The translations under genes and the position numbers were made by a program. DNA of 64,000 nucleotides from Octopus sinensis (Eukaryota): the NCBI RefSeq assembly GCF_006345805.1, contig NW_021831041.1, positions 124,001 through 188,000 on the forward strand, written 5' to 3'. How positions within the stretch are numbered: the first letter of the stretch is position 1; every line of letters begins with the position of its first letter. This document shows positions 10,886 to 23,166 of the stretch, in pieces. Under the pieces are notes generated by a model, which did not search any database, was not told the origin of the DNA, and saw only the letters and a list, made by a program, of their open reading frames with translations.

Positions 10886-12663
10886 ATGACCCAGTTAATG
10901 GAGCAAGTTCGCTGGTTTTACATAAAAAACGGTTCTTTCTTTAAATTTGGAAGCTATGATACAACTCGTCTTGAAAAAGAATACAGAAGTGGCAAGGAAT
11001 GGAAAGAAGTTACAGTTCGTCACGGAATTTTTGTGGTTAATTTACACGATCGGAGATGCTTTCCAATATACGATAGAGGCAAATACGATTTATTTACATT
11101 TGAAGAATCATGGTTTCAAGTTATCCGTGGAACTTGGTTTACCTATCCTAAATATGAGCCTATATCTGAATCGCTAGCTGAACAAATAGATTCCTATCAC
11201 AACGAGATGTCCGTCTCGACAAATAAAAGTATTTATTATCTCCCCAATCTTTAGAGCCACTAATGCTTGAAGAATATACAGTTAAGTGGAAATCAGAAAA
11301 TGAAATATTCCTTACAAAAAAATCGAAAACTTTATTATCATCAATATTTAATAACATTGGAATTTTTAGTTTATTTTGATAGAAATACATAATAGATACT
11401 TCATTTCAAATTGTACGAGGATATCGTAAAAATGCAAAAAAATTGAAAGAAGAAAAAGAAATTTCTCATCTTGTTTTTGTAGTTCCGGGGATTGCGCAGT
11501 CTTTGAACGAACGCAATTACATCGAAATATCTGAGAGGTTTATATTTTCATAGATTTATGTTTATAGCTTAAATAATGTAATACAACAGGAACTAAAAAA
11601 CCGTTATCCAAATAATAAAAACGCAGTAATTGAACTAATGCCAGTGAATTGGCGCACAGTCGAATTGGGAGAAAGTTTTTCTAATAAAATTTAATTTCCT
11701 TTTAGATATATTAGATGTTTTAATGCCATCTTCAAATATAAATGTCCGTAATTTTATTAACAACTCTGTTCTTGACATCCTATACTACACAAGTTCTTAT
11801 TTTAGAGCCAAAGTTGTCATTTTAATTTTTTGATATTCATAGATCATCGAGAAATTAACAACTGAATTATCACGATTGTATTCGCTTTTTGTCGAATACA
11901 GAAAAAACAAAAAAACAAATCTTCCAGATATATCAATTGTAGCTCATTCTCTAGGTATAATCAGTTGAAGTTTTTTTTAACTTTAGGCTCTCTGATCGTT
12001 TATGACCTCATTACGGAAGGGGATACCTGGATTTGTCCATCGATAAAAAATAATTTTTTCTTACCTTCAATTTTGGATCTCAAAATTAAAAACTTTTTTA
12101 TGCTTGGGTCGCCACTTTCCATGTTTTTGATGCTCCGAGGAAAATCGGTTCGTGATTCTTCAACACAAGAAGATATTCTACCCAAATATGGGATCCCCTA
12201 CCGTCTTTTTAACATTTTTTATCCAAGCGATTTCATCGTGAAATATTTTTAATTTAAAGTATTCATAGGCTTATCGGTTGGAACCTTTGTTTTGCCGAGC
12301 TTTCTGTAATATAAACCCTGTTATATTAAAAGAAGTGGTTACACAAAAAATAGTCATGAATATCATTCATCGAAATGTCATCAAACCTGATTGTATTTTT
12401 TACCGAGGTTGGAATGATCATCTGAACTCATATGAATTTGTTTCTCCATTCTATGATCATTTAAGAATTGAAGAAACCTCGCTTGTTCCGGAAGGTAATA
12501 AAATAAACTTCAAACTGTAGGACTCGAATTTCGTCTTGATTATGCTCTCAGTGAACAAAAATATAATTTTTCACGTTATTTGTTGTCACATGTGTATTAT
12601 TGGAATAGTGAAGAACTGGCTGCATTCATCCTAAAAGCTATAATTGATGGAATGGATATTTAG
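10886..12663 (+). CDS. DDHD1: DDHD1-type phosphatidic-acid-preferring phospholipase A1, 8-9 micro-introns (26-32 nt)
   Basis: VRWFY, VIRGTWF, IVRGY, HLVFVVPGIAQ, LMPVNWR, LDILYYTS, lipase motif IVAHSL|GS, FFMLGSPL, DFI|AYRLEPL, RLDYAL and SHVYYWNS. The frame is continuous after splicing. DDHD1 versus a paralogue is not fully resolved. Confidence 0.88.
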
Positions 12664-12775
12664 AAATTTAATTTATTCTTTGGATTTGGTTAATTTTAGC
12701 GGTATCGGAACAATTTATTCGTTTTTAAATGAATTTTAATCTTGTATTGGACAACAACTTAGAAATCCATAACTA

Positions 12776-14217
12776 CAGTCCCGTCCAAATGTTAGAGGCA
12801 CCCTATTTTTTCCCTAAAAAAGGCACTTATTTGTCATTTTTTGAAAAAAGTTTTTTGTTAATAACAAACTATTGAATAAAAAATCTTAACCTAAAATTTT
12901 TGAGCACATTTAGTTTATAATGTGTATTTACTAAGAAACTCAAAATAATACATCGTTCATATGTTAGAAGCACATTTCAATAACGAAAGACAAAATTATC
13001 CAAAAATTTAATATTTAGTCATTCCTCCATTATTTATGACTACCGAAGATATTCTTCTTGGAATTGACTCAAAAAACTTAATAACCACACCTGTATCAAT
13101 GTTTTCCCAGGCCTTCTTTGTTTCATTCCATAATTCTTGAATCGTTGATGCTCCACATTTTTTAACTTCTTTTTTTAAAATTGCCCATAGATTTTCAATT
13201 ATATTTAAGTCAGGAGATTGACTTGGCCATTTTTCCATGAGTTTTATGTTGTTTTCGGCCATAAACGCTCTAGTGGATTTTGATGTATGACATGTTGCTC
13301 CATCTTGTTGAAGAAAATAATTTTCTTCATAAAAATTTTCAAATCCTTCTTTTATAACGCGTTGATATTCGGCGGAGTCGACTGTTTTTCGGCAAAGGAC
13401 AATTGATCTTTGCCCATTGCTTTTAATTGCTCCCCATATCGTAATTGATAAAGGGAATTTCACAGTTTCAATTGAATATTCTTTCTTTAATTTTGATCCA
13501 GGGGGTCTTCTTATGTATTGCCTAGACATCTGATTTAACTGAATCCGGCATTCATCAGAAAATATCACTAAATTCCAGTCGTCTTGATTCCACAGAATTT
13601 TAGTAAGACACCATGTATATCTTTTATCAACCTGAGATGCAGTCAATTTTGGTTTTTTCACTGCAATGCGTCCGAATAAATTGTTGCGTCTCAAAATTCG
13701 TTTAATTGTCGAAAGACTCACTTTTCCGGAAAAGTTACAGCATATAAGAAGATCGTTGGCGGTCATTTTTGGGTGTAATTTTGACATTCTGATAAGATAG
13801 CGTTCATCATTTTTGGTTAATTTTTTGTTCCTTCCCTTTTTTGGCATATCGTTATATAAATATCCGTATAAAAATCGCTTTTTAATTTTTTGAATGGCAC
13901 AACGAGAGATTCCCAAATCTTTGGATATTTTCACCTGAGATTCGCCACATTTTAATTTTTCGATGAATTTTTTATTAGAATTAACAATAATAAATTATAG
14001 AATTATTGCTTTTTACATAAGTGCCTCTAACATATGAGCGACCAATTATTTTTTGTTTTCAAGTTTGAGAATACTATCGGTCGAATATTTATAAAAACTT
14101 TGGAAATGTTTAATTTCCTTTAAAAACTTAATTTATTCTTTAAAATCTTTCGAAAAATAATAAATAAGTGCCTTTTTAGGAAAAAAATAGGGTGCCTCTA
14201 ACATTTGGACGGGAGTG
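12776..14217 (-). mobile_element. Tc1-family DNA transposon (DD34E), TA target duplication, IR/DR-type ends
   Basis: TA|CAGTCCCGTCCAAATGTTAGAGGCACC ... GGTGCCTCTAACATTTGGACGGGAGTG|TA. ORF 13008-13934 carries FSDE, QQDGATCH and SPDLNIIEN. Confidence 0.95.
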
Positions 14218-14372
14218 TAATTATTAAAACTAAATTTCTTTTATGAAAAAATTCTCAAATACCACTAGTAAGCCATTTTTTAGCAGTTTGATTTTCTACC
14301 AAATGACAGTATATACAGTGCCTGACAAAAAAAATTGGATTTGTAATAAATCGACTTTTTTTAAATAAATTA

Positions 14373-15942
14373 TGTCACAGTCCGAATAAAATACACGCCG
14401 AATAATTACATTCTTTAATTTTACTGAAATTAAAAATTTACACAACAAAATGTTTAATTATTGCTAAAAATATGATTTCTAATATAAAATTCATTATTTG
14501 TTTACTAATGTGTATAAACAAAATGAACCACAATCAACTGATTCAGTTAACATACGTTTGAATATTGTTATTTCATTTTAGATTATCCTAATAAATTTTT
14601 CAGATACAATTTATCGTTAATTTTTTATAATAAATTATTTTTCTTCTAGATTTAAAACAATCAATTTTAGCTAATCAAATAAATTCCATGTAACCGGTCC
14701 AGTCCTCCTTTTCGATAACATAAAAATCATTTGTTTGTTTGACAAGAATATGCTTATTAACATCAATTTCACTTTACAGTAAATACTGCCGAATATTAGC
14801 GTCGTTTTTCTGTTTAAAATTAATTTGACGCTTAAGAATATAAAAGCACACTAGTTCCAACATTCTTCATATCTCCATTTTCTTTTTTAAATCATTTTAT
14901 CGCCAGAAATAAATAAGTTTTCTAATGCACTTTCTCGTGCCTCTGATAATCCAGTTGAATCATAGGCTAAAAGTTGCTCCATTCCCCCTTCATCAATCCT
15001 TCCAGGATTTTCAACACCCATGAATATAAAAAGGGATTTTTTTGTCGAAGAATGAATGCTGTTATTGTAATCATACACGATGTCCTTTATGCATTCGCGA
15101 TATCGTCCAAAACAATTTTGAGAAGAACTTGCCGACGATATCCAGCGTTTTATGCTTTGATTAAATCTACAAATCGATTTTAAATCATTAACCTTTCGAC
15201 TTGCCCTTGTACCCAAGGAGCACGAGGCCTCCCACGTACATGTTTTATACCATATTTCGTACATAGAGCATCCATTTGCGAATTGCAAAATTCCCTTCCA
15301 TTATCAGTGTGTAGAATAAGCGGAGGCCCGACATAATAAAAAATTCTTTGGAATAAATCTGCGATTTCTTCAGAAGATTTGGTCACCGACAGTTCAAGCA
15401 TTACATATTTGGAAAAAGAATCCACAATTACCAAAATCTATTTATTAACATTAAATTCATACCCAGCTAAAGCCATCATTCAACGCCGAATATCTTCTGA
15501 GGTCAATTAAATCCGCAATGTATCTGTCCCTACATCTCCTTGCAATGATTGGCGTAATCGGAGGCTTCGTAGACAATAATTTTTTCGACTAAGAATATTT
15601 ACTAAAAGGAGTTATTACCTGACAGAAAGCACAATTCGAAATCACCTTAGAGATTTCTTCTCTATTCAATCCATAATAGAGATTTCTTAATTTCGAAAAA
15701 AGCCGGTCTCTCCCAAAGTGGTTATAGTTATGTTCCGCCTAAATTTTATTTATTAAGTTGGACCTCAACGCACTTAAGCTTTAATTCGATTTCATCTTCA
15801 CAGAAAAAACGCAATTTAAGCCCATTTTTTCGAAAAATAATAATCAATTATGATTTTTTCATACTAATTTTTAGATTTCGCTTTTTTCGCCATTTGTGAC
15901 AAGTGTAGATTATTCGGCGTGTATTTTATTCGGACTGTCACA
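14373..15942 (-). mobile_element. Ginger2/TDD-type DNA transposon (integrase-like DDE), 34-bp TIR starting TGT, 5-bp TSD AATTA
   Basis: TIR TGT(C/G)ACAGTCCGAATAAAATACACGCCGAATAAT at both ends, flanked by AATTA on both sides. Internal fragments HFGRDRLF...CAFC, VDSFSKY, LHTDNGREF and QGQVER. No LTRs or RT. Confidence 0.88.
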
Positions 15943-17041
15943 AATTAAAAATTTAATTTTCTTACATCATTTTTGGCAAAATTAGAATTATTTTTTTAAT
16001 TTTAAAATTATTTTTGGCTTCTAGAATTTAATTTTAAAGCAGAATTTAAAATTTGCTGGACAAAAAAAATTGGATTTGGACAAAAAAAATTGGATTTTCG
16101 TATAAATGAAGCGTAATTCAAAAATCCATTTATCTGATTTTACAAAAGGAGTAATAATTGGATATTACTCTTCAGGAAAAACAATTGAAAAGATATCTAA
16201 AATACTGAAAATTCCCAGATCGACCGTGGGATTTGTGACAAGAAAATTTTCCAAAGGTCGTATACTAAATTCGTTTGGATTACATGCCGAGTTGCAAAAC
16301 ACAAACCTCTTTTAACATCAAAAAACATCAAATCCAGATGGTTAATTGCGAAAAAGTTTTTAGCCATATCTGACGAAGAATGGAAGAAAGTCATCTTCTC
16401 CGATGAGTCATGTTTTGAGGTCTATATCAGCAAAATAAGGATCTATAACAGCAAAAAACGGTACTGCATATGAAAAGTCCAATATCGTACCTACTGTTGA
16501 GTATGGTGGAGGAAAGTTAATGGTTTGGGGATGTTTCTCATATGAAGGCGTTGGTAATCTTGTTATTATAAATGGAAAAATGAACAGTGCTTATTATTTA
16601 AACATTTTGTCAAATTATCTGGAGCAATCAGCTCTAAAAATTGGGTTAAATTCATGTATTTTTCAACAAGATAATGCTTCATGCCACAGTTCTCGAGTAG
16701 TTAAAGAATTTATATGCGATAGAAAATATAAAATTCTTGATTGGCCGTCTCAATCACCTGACCTTAATCCAATTGAGCATGTTTGGGCAATGATGAAGAG
16801 AAAATTATTGCAAAAACCGCCGAAAAACTTGAAGGATTTGGAGACAAAATTAGTTGTGATATGGGAGTCAATACTGAAAAAATACCTAGAAAATTTAGTT
16901 ATGTCAATGAAAAAAAGAAGTTTGGAAATTTATGAAGCACGTGGAGGGATTTTAACTTATTAAATTTTAATTTGTTTCATTAAAATAAAAAAATCCAATT
17001 TTTTTTGTCCGACAAATTTTAGATTCTGCTTTAAAATTAAA

Positions 17042-17090
17042 TGTCACAGTCCGTTTATGAAACACCGTGTTTCTTTATCGGACTGTGACA
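17042..17090. mobile_element. 49-bp palindromic Ginger2-derived micro-MITE, 5-bp TSD TTAAA
   Basis: TGTCACAGTCCG...CGGACTGTGACA flanked by TTAAA on both sides. It is absent from the homologous position of the left Tc1 arm (about 16020-16040). Confidence 0.9.
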
Positions 17091-17267
17091 TTAAATTCTA
17101 AAAGCCAAAAATAATTTTAAAAATTAAAAAAATAATTCTAATTTTGCCAAGAATGATGTAAGAAAATTAAATTATAATTTATTTTAAAAAAGTCGATTTA
17201 TTACAAATCCAATTTTTTTGTCAGGCACTGTATGTCTTAAATTTGATATACAAAAAATAATACAGTA

Positions 17268-17345
17268 CAGTAAACTCTTGGTTCTTGACCATTTTTGGTT
17301 CTTGACCGAAATGTGACGGATTCGAGATGGTTTTTATCGAGTTTT
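17268..17345 (+). mobile_element. possible pogo-type terminal repeat remnant
   Basis: TA|CAGTAAACTC followed by a duplicated TTGGTTCTTGACC. No partner end found. Confidence 0.35.
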
Positions 17346-17429
17346 TAATTATTTTTGTATGAAGACATGAAAATTTTTTTATTTCGAAAAATCAGTGATT
17401 TTAGTCTTAAATCTGGATTGTTAAAACTA

Positions 17430-20005
17430 TCAAGCACATACTCTAACAATGCCTCTTCGTCCCTTGTCTTTGTTGCGGGAGATTTGAATGCAAAGGCTGG
17501 AAAGCGAAAGGGGCCCGAAGAATCCTCTATCGGAAGACACGGGCGCGAAAGGAGAAATGCAGCTGGAGCCTCTCTGGTGAATTTCTGTGAGGCAAATAGC
17601 CTCTTCCTGTGCAACACGGCCTTTACGCACTCAGCACGCCACAAGACGACCTGGCACGGACAAAGGAAAAACTCGGTCGGGGAGACCGTAAACATATATA
17701 ACCAAATCGACTACATTATTTGCCGCAAGTCCGATAAACACCTGCTAACCGATGCACGTTCCTACTAGGGGACAACAACCGACAGCGACCACAGGATGGT
17801 CACCGCAAAACTCTACGTAAAGAAGCATCTGACTGGGGAAAAATACACTGAAAACGCGAAGAAGGCAAGACAAAGGCCAAATATACACTTCCAGACAGAG
17901 AAATTGTGGCTGGAGCCCACTTGTAAAGACAATTATCACAAGTAAATTGAGACTCTTATGGAGAAAACCACACCAGAACTATCATTACGAACCCGGTGGG
18001 ACCAAACAAAGCGGGCAATTTCCAAGGCGGCCAGTATATGCCTTGGAGTCCGAAATCATTGTGCCCTAAAACTGGATCACCACCCGAACGTGCCAGATAT
18101 GGCAAAGCTTCGCAGAGAGGTATGGCTAAAAGCCGCAAACACGTCAGACGTGATTAAGAAAAAGGAGCTTAACATACAACAAAGGGAACTAAAGTGCAAA
18201 ATCCAAAAGATGAACCGAAAATACTCACTAGAAATCATTACATCCCTACTAAAAGATGTGGAATGCCTAAAAGACAATTCAAGGATGTATGCGGCCCTAC
18301 GACTACTGCGGACTACTAAGAAAGGACAAAACATCCTCCACATTAAAGACAAAGATGGAAAATTCGTGGGTAATCCGAAAGAAAAAGCAGAGCTGATCGC
18401 ACGACACTTCGAAACCTTGCTGAATAAAGAAAACACGGACTTTCCCTGTTTCCAGGGAGATGCAAAAGCGTTAAAAATCCCAATCACAGCGGAAGAGGTG
18501 AACTAGCGATAAATAAATTGAGGAACAACAAGAGTGCTGAGCCGGACAACATAAGCCCCGAGCTCCTAAAATATGGACCAAAAAAACTCAGCGACACAAT
18601 TGCAAAAACCCTAAATGAAATTTTCGAAACTAATACCGATCTGGGACTTGGAAATGGATTACTAATACCCATACAAAAACCGAACAAACCAAAAGGACCA
18701 GTTGAAAATCTCCTCCCGATAATACTCCTGAATTCGATACGCAAGGTGCTGGCAAACGTCGCACTAAGGCGGATAAAGGGTGTGGCGGATCAATACCTAT
18801 CACCGAGTCAAAGTGGGTTCCGAGATGGGAGGTCTACGGCAGACATTGTATGGAGCCACAGATGGCGCTGCACAACGCACCAAAGATTCAAGAGCACAAC
18901 GACCGTGCTGGGAATAGATCTCTCCAGAGCCTTCGACTCAATAAACAGACAGAAACTGATGAATGTGCTTGCGTAAATACTGGATGAATCATCGGTTAAG
19001 ATAATCAGACTACTACTTGCGAACACAAGACTATCTGTGAGGACAGAAGGAGCAACTTCCCGCAGTTTCAAAACAACGACTGGGACACCCCAGGGTGACT
19101 CCCTCTCCCCCCTACTATTCACCATCTACCTTGAATCTGCACTCAGCGACCTCCGTAAATGCTATACGGGAGACATAGAAGAGGCGTCCTATGCCGATGA
19201 TGTGGATTTCGTATCACGGGACGTGACCGCACTCCAACACCTACTAGAAAATGCACCTATGGAGCTTGGGAAATGGGTCCTCAGCGTAAATGTGAACAAA
19301 ACTAAGATTACGGAAATCAAAAGAGAAGATGATACTACCCATGAAAGATGGAGACACCTAATAAGCTTGGATCCCTACTGGGAGACGCTGAAGATGTACT
19401 AAGGAGGAAAACACTGGCGAATTCGGCAATGGCGACTGAAGAAAGGATGGCTAAGAGCCAAAGAACTTGGAGTTGGCATCAGATGCAGGCTCTACAACGC
19501 GTTTGTGAAACCGATCCTGCTGTAAACGCTGGGACATCGGATGTTCCTTCAACGATCTACTGAAACGGACTCATTCCATAGAAGGCACTAAGAAGCTTAC
19601 TCGGAATGGAGTGGCCGCGTCGAATATCAACCAATGGTATCTACAACAAGTGTATGTGCTCCTGCATCAGCGGGGATGTGGTAGATGCCCGGTGGAGGCT
19701 ATTCGGGCATGTACTAAGAATGAACCCGGACGCACCCGCTAACAAAGCGATGGAAGACTACTTCGACAGATGCGACATACCCTTCCGCGGACGGCCTAGA
19801 TCGACACTTCCAACTGCCTTAAACAAAGACCTAAATCGAGTGAGGAAAAACCTAAAGACGGGGGACGACCTGGACAAATTGAGATCACTCGCATACGACA
19901 GAGGAAAATGGAAAAAAACTAACCTTAAATATCGTTACATTGAGTGTTGCACATGCGGGGCTATAAACATTATGGCTTTCGTGAAAGTGCTATAATAATA
20001 AATAA
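17430..20005 (+). mobile_element. RTE-clade LINE, 5'-truncated (partial APE endonuclease plus RT), (TAA)n tail
   Basis: AGDLNAK, NQIDYII, QSGFR, GIDLSRAFDS, GTPQGDSLSP, YADD and WRLFGHVLRM. A few stops and frameshifts; ends TATAATAATAAATAAT. Confidence 0.92.
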
Positions 20006-21289
20006 TAGATGAAGTCAAGAAATTCATTCCGCCTTTTCATTTGCGATCGCTCTTAAATAAAATGGTTATTTCTTTTGCTATATGAACTAAGTTTGTGAAA
20101 CATCCGTCTGGATCTTCCTTTAAATGTTTAGGTTTCTTAATAAAAATTACGGTTACCTAAAATATAAAAAAGTGCAATCAACTTGAATATCATTAGATTA
20201 ATTGTAGCATTACTTGGTTTTATTTAGACATTTATTGATGACCAAAGGACCTAGGTAAACCAGTTAATTATAATACCCGTGATCCCCGATGCACTTCGCA
20301 AGTGACGAAGATTCTTTAGAAAGGTTTAAGCTTGTTCAGGGTGATTGAACTCGGATGACGATGTCCCTTGAGGTCAGTGTTCCAGAAGTCCTTTTTCGGT
20401 AGGCATTAGGTGCCCCCTGAGGCTAATCAGAATTCAAACAGCTCTTTCCGTTCAAAATGAATTGTGAACTAATCTTTAATGAAGAGTTTATTATTCATGA
20501 AGAGTTTATTATTCATGCTACTCGGTTGATGAAAGCTCTCAACACAGCAGTTATCAACATTAAGGACCTTGATTTTACTCTGAGACCATTTCTGTTTGAA
20601 TGTCTGGTCTTTTTCTGGTTTCCCGTCGATCAATCCTTCCAGAAAAGCTTGGACGGCATATAGGTTTTGGAAAGCCTTCGAGCTAAGGTCGGTCAAAGAC
20701 ATCGTGAGACATGAATTCATCTTATTTTAAAAGAATGAATAAAAAGATGGTAGTACATAGGTCAAAATATGATTTTGAAATATGGAATGAGGTATAATTA
20801 AATAATAACAGTTTAGGTTCGAATCTTAAAAGATTGTGGGACGAATACGTCATTGAAGCTACACAGATTTGAATCCCCATATGAAGAAAAGGGAAAAGTA
20901 AAAAAATATAATGTCTAATAACAGATTAATGGTTAGTTGTCTTTCCTAACATTTAGATCGAATTACGAAATGAAACAAAGATAGTTACTATGAATAGAGT
21001 TAAAAAATGTTAAGGTTTTTGAATATTTAGCAATTATCTTGAGTCAGTAATTAGTGTCAAACTATGTAGGTCACCCTGTCAACCATGTCAACTATGTAGG
21101 TCACCATGGTCGCCAGCGTGGTATGGTCGCCAGCGTAGTTCGCGACAAATTAGATCCAAAGATTTTCCTGTCCTTACATTTCGTTATACAGCCTGTCCAT
21201 GCATGTTACTCGATCTAAGTTCGTAATTATAAGTGATTATTTATAATTAATAAGTACACCACAAAAAACGTTAAAGTTATCTTACTTGT

Positions 21290-22330
21290 GCCACCCTTTC
21301 TTGGATGGGGTTTGTTAATTGCTTTCTGTTCCCACTGCTTTTTGATAGTTCCCTCAGGAGCTCAAAGTCATCTGCCGATGTCAGTTTTTTTCCAATCAAG
21401 GTTAAGGCTTGATGTGGAGTTGTTGAGCGTAATCTGTGGTCTTCTCATGAAGGTCGATGTTCCATCGCGAAATTAGAGGTAGTGTTCCTGTCCATTCTTA
21501 AGATGTGACCAAATAAGCCCCATCTGTTACTTCTTATTTCCTCTTCTAGGGGTGTATATTGTCTTTATTTTTAGGAACGGTTTTTCAAATGTGTTGGCCA
21601 ATTTATCGACAATTGGTGGTCTGTTGTCGTGAGATCTTTGTCATCTGTATAGATGACTTCTGTTATATTCCTGAGGATATTATCCCTGGTTTTTTCTAGA
21701 GCTACTTCCAGATATGCTATGAACAAAACCGCCATCTCCCTGAGGGTGCCATTGTTTGTACCAAATATTTCTGATTTCTGTTTTCCCAACTAAATCAATA
21801 GTTGAGTGGAAAAAGTAGATAACGAATTATTCGAAGTAGTGGTGTTAATATTTGATCATCTTGACTTTGCTGATTAAGTCAAATGCTTTAGATAGGACGA
21901 TTGCCATTATGTGGTACTCCTCTTTATATTTTTAACATGATACACACATCCATTTGTGCTTTCAAAGTGCATCTAAAGTTAATCTTCCAGAAACAAATCC
22001 ACTTTGGGTAGCTCCAATATATTCATGTGGGTCTTTCATTTTTTCCATAGCGATTAGAAATAAAATTTTGCGCAGTGATTTGAGTATTATGATTAGTTTT
22101 AAGCTGCCTAGCTTTCCTCTCTTTCCCCGTTTTATTTAGAACTAATTTTTTGATGTCAATTCTATAAAGCGTTGCTCAAAATTTTTGTTCAGAATATGAG
22201 TAATGAGTTTGTGAAACTCTTCAGGAGAATATTTTATGAGTTCTACATTAACTTTGTTTGTGCCTGGTGCTTTTGAGATGTTTAATCACAGCTTTTTTAA
22301 CTTTCAATATAGTTATTGGCAATCCGCCAG
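21290..22330 (-). mobile_element. RTE-clade LINE fragments
   Basis: LFIAYLEVAL, VIYTDD and WGLFGHILRMD remnants. Confidence 0.7.
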
Positions 22331-22467
22331 GCTACTGAACATAATGCTAACTAAATTATCGATCTTAATTGGACAATATTGCAGTTATTTCTGATGATAT
22401 ATAAGTAATTGTGCTAATAATTTTTCAAGTTTTTATACCAAAATTAGAGATAAAATGTCAAAAAAAA

Positions 22468-23166
22468 TCAAGATTTATCGGGGTGACTTTTCCTTTCATG
22501 AGCTTTGCGTCTAGTCTGGTCAGTAAAGCATTCTCCACACATAAATCGACAAGGAAAAGGCTTCTCTCCAGTATGAATCCGAAAATGCTTAACAAGATTA
22601 GATTTACTATTCGAATGATACGGACACGTCGAACAATAGTATAACGTTTCAGTTTTAGCTATTCCGATGTCTGACGAATTCAAATAAGCAAAATCATAAC
22701 CAGATATTTTAGATGGAGAATCAGACACAAATTCGTCGGTTTTTTTACTCTTCATAGGAGTTAGGCTTTTCGATTTCTTATTTTGAGAATTTTTTGGCTT
22801 TTTTGGTGTTAATTTCAGTTCTTAATAAATTAACATAAAAATCAAACTTTCAGTATTATTGATTTTATGAGTTAAGGATGAAGATTTATTAGTTTGGGAG
22901 TTGTTTATGAGGTTGGAGATCCAGGAAGGAGTCCACTAGGAGTCTGAAATAGAATACAACTGAGAAATCCGATGGATAATTCTCGGTCATAGATCCATAG
23001 ATTTCAAGTTCAGCAAGCTTATAGTCAATCCAGGTCATAAATATAGTCAATGACTCGGAACTAGTCATGTTGTTGACGATATTGAAAAAAGCTGACTTTG
23101 CGTGTTCAACAGACTTGAACATTTTCTTAAAATGCGGTATTTGGTTATTATTGTTTTAACATTCAT
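22468..23166 (-). CDS. C2H2 zinc-finger protein (two C-terminal fingers), 3 introns (35, 25, 27 nt)
   Basis: YYCSTCPYHSNSKSNLVKHFRIH-TGEKPFP-CRFMCGECFTDQTRRKAHERKSH. Upstream exons join in frame through GT-AG micro-introns; the first exon is tentative. Confidence 0.8.

Larger units (their letters stand above)
14316..17230 (+). mobile_element. second Tc1-family element, degenerate transposase, long terminal inverted repeats each interrupted by a Ginger2-type insertion
   Basis: TA|CAGTGCCTGACAAAAAAAATTGGATTTG ... CAAATCCAATTTTTTTGTCAGGCACTG|TA. ORF pieces 16106-16963 carry WKKVIFSDES, FQQDNASCH and SPDLNPIEH. Confidence 0.93.

Noticed and set aside
14887-15434. Gypsy/LTR retrotransposon call for the integrase ORFs
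   Set aside because: There is no RT, RNase H or LTR. The unit is bounded by TGT-starting inverted repeats with a 5-bp TSD, which fits Ginger2/TDD.
20005-21000. Possible micro-intron gene (open frames on both strands, 18-bp tandem duplication at 20479-20516)
   Set aside because: Several incompatible exon chains can be built on either strand and none gives a recognisable protein. GT..AG pairs about 25 nt apart arise readily by chance in AT-rich DNA.
21055-21140. Short tandem duplications (AACTATGTAGGTCACC x2; ATGGTCGCCAGCGT x2)
   Set aside because: Real but uninterpretable. Probably subterminal repeats of a decayed transposon; no termini found.
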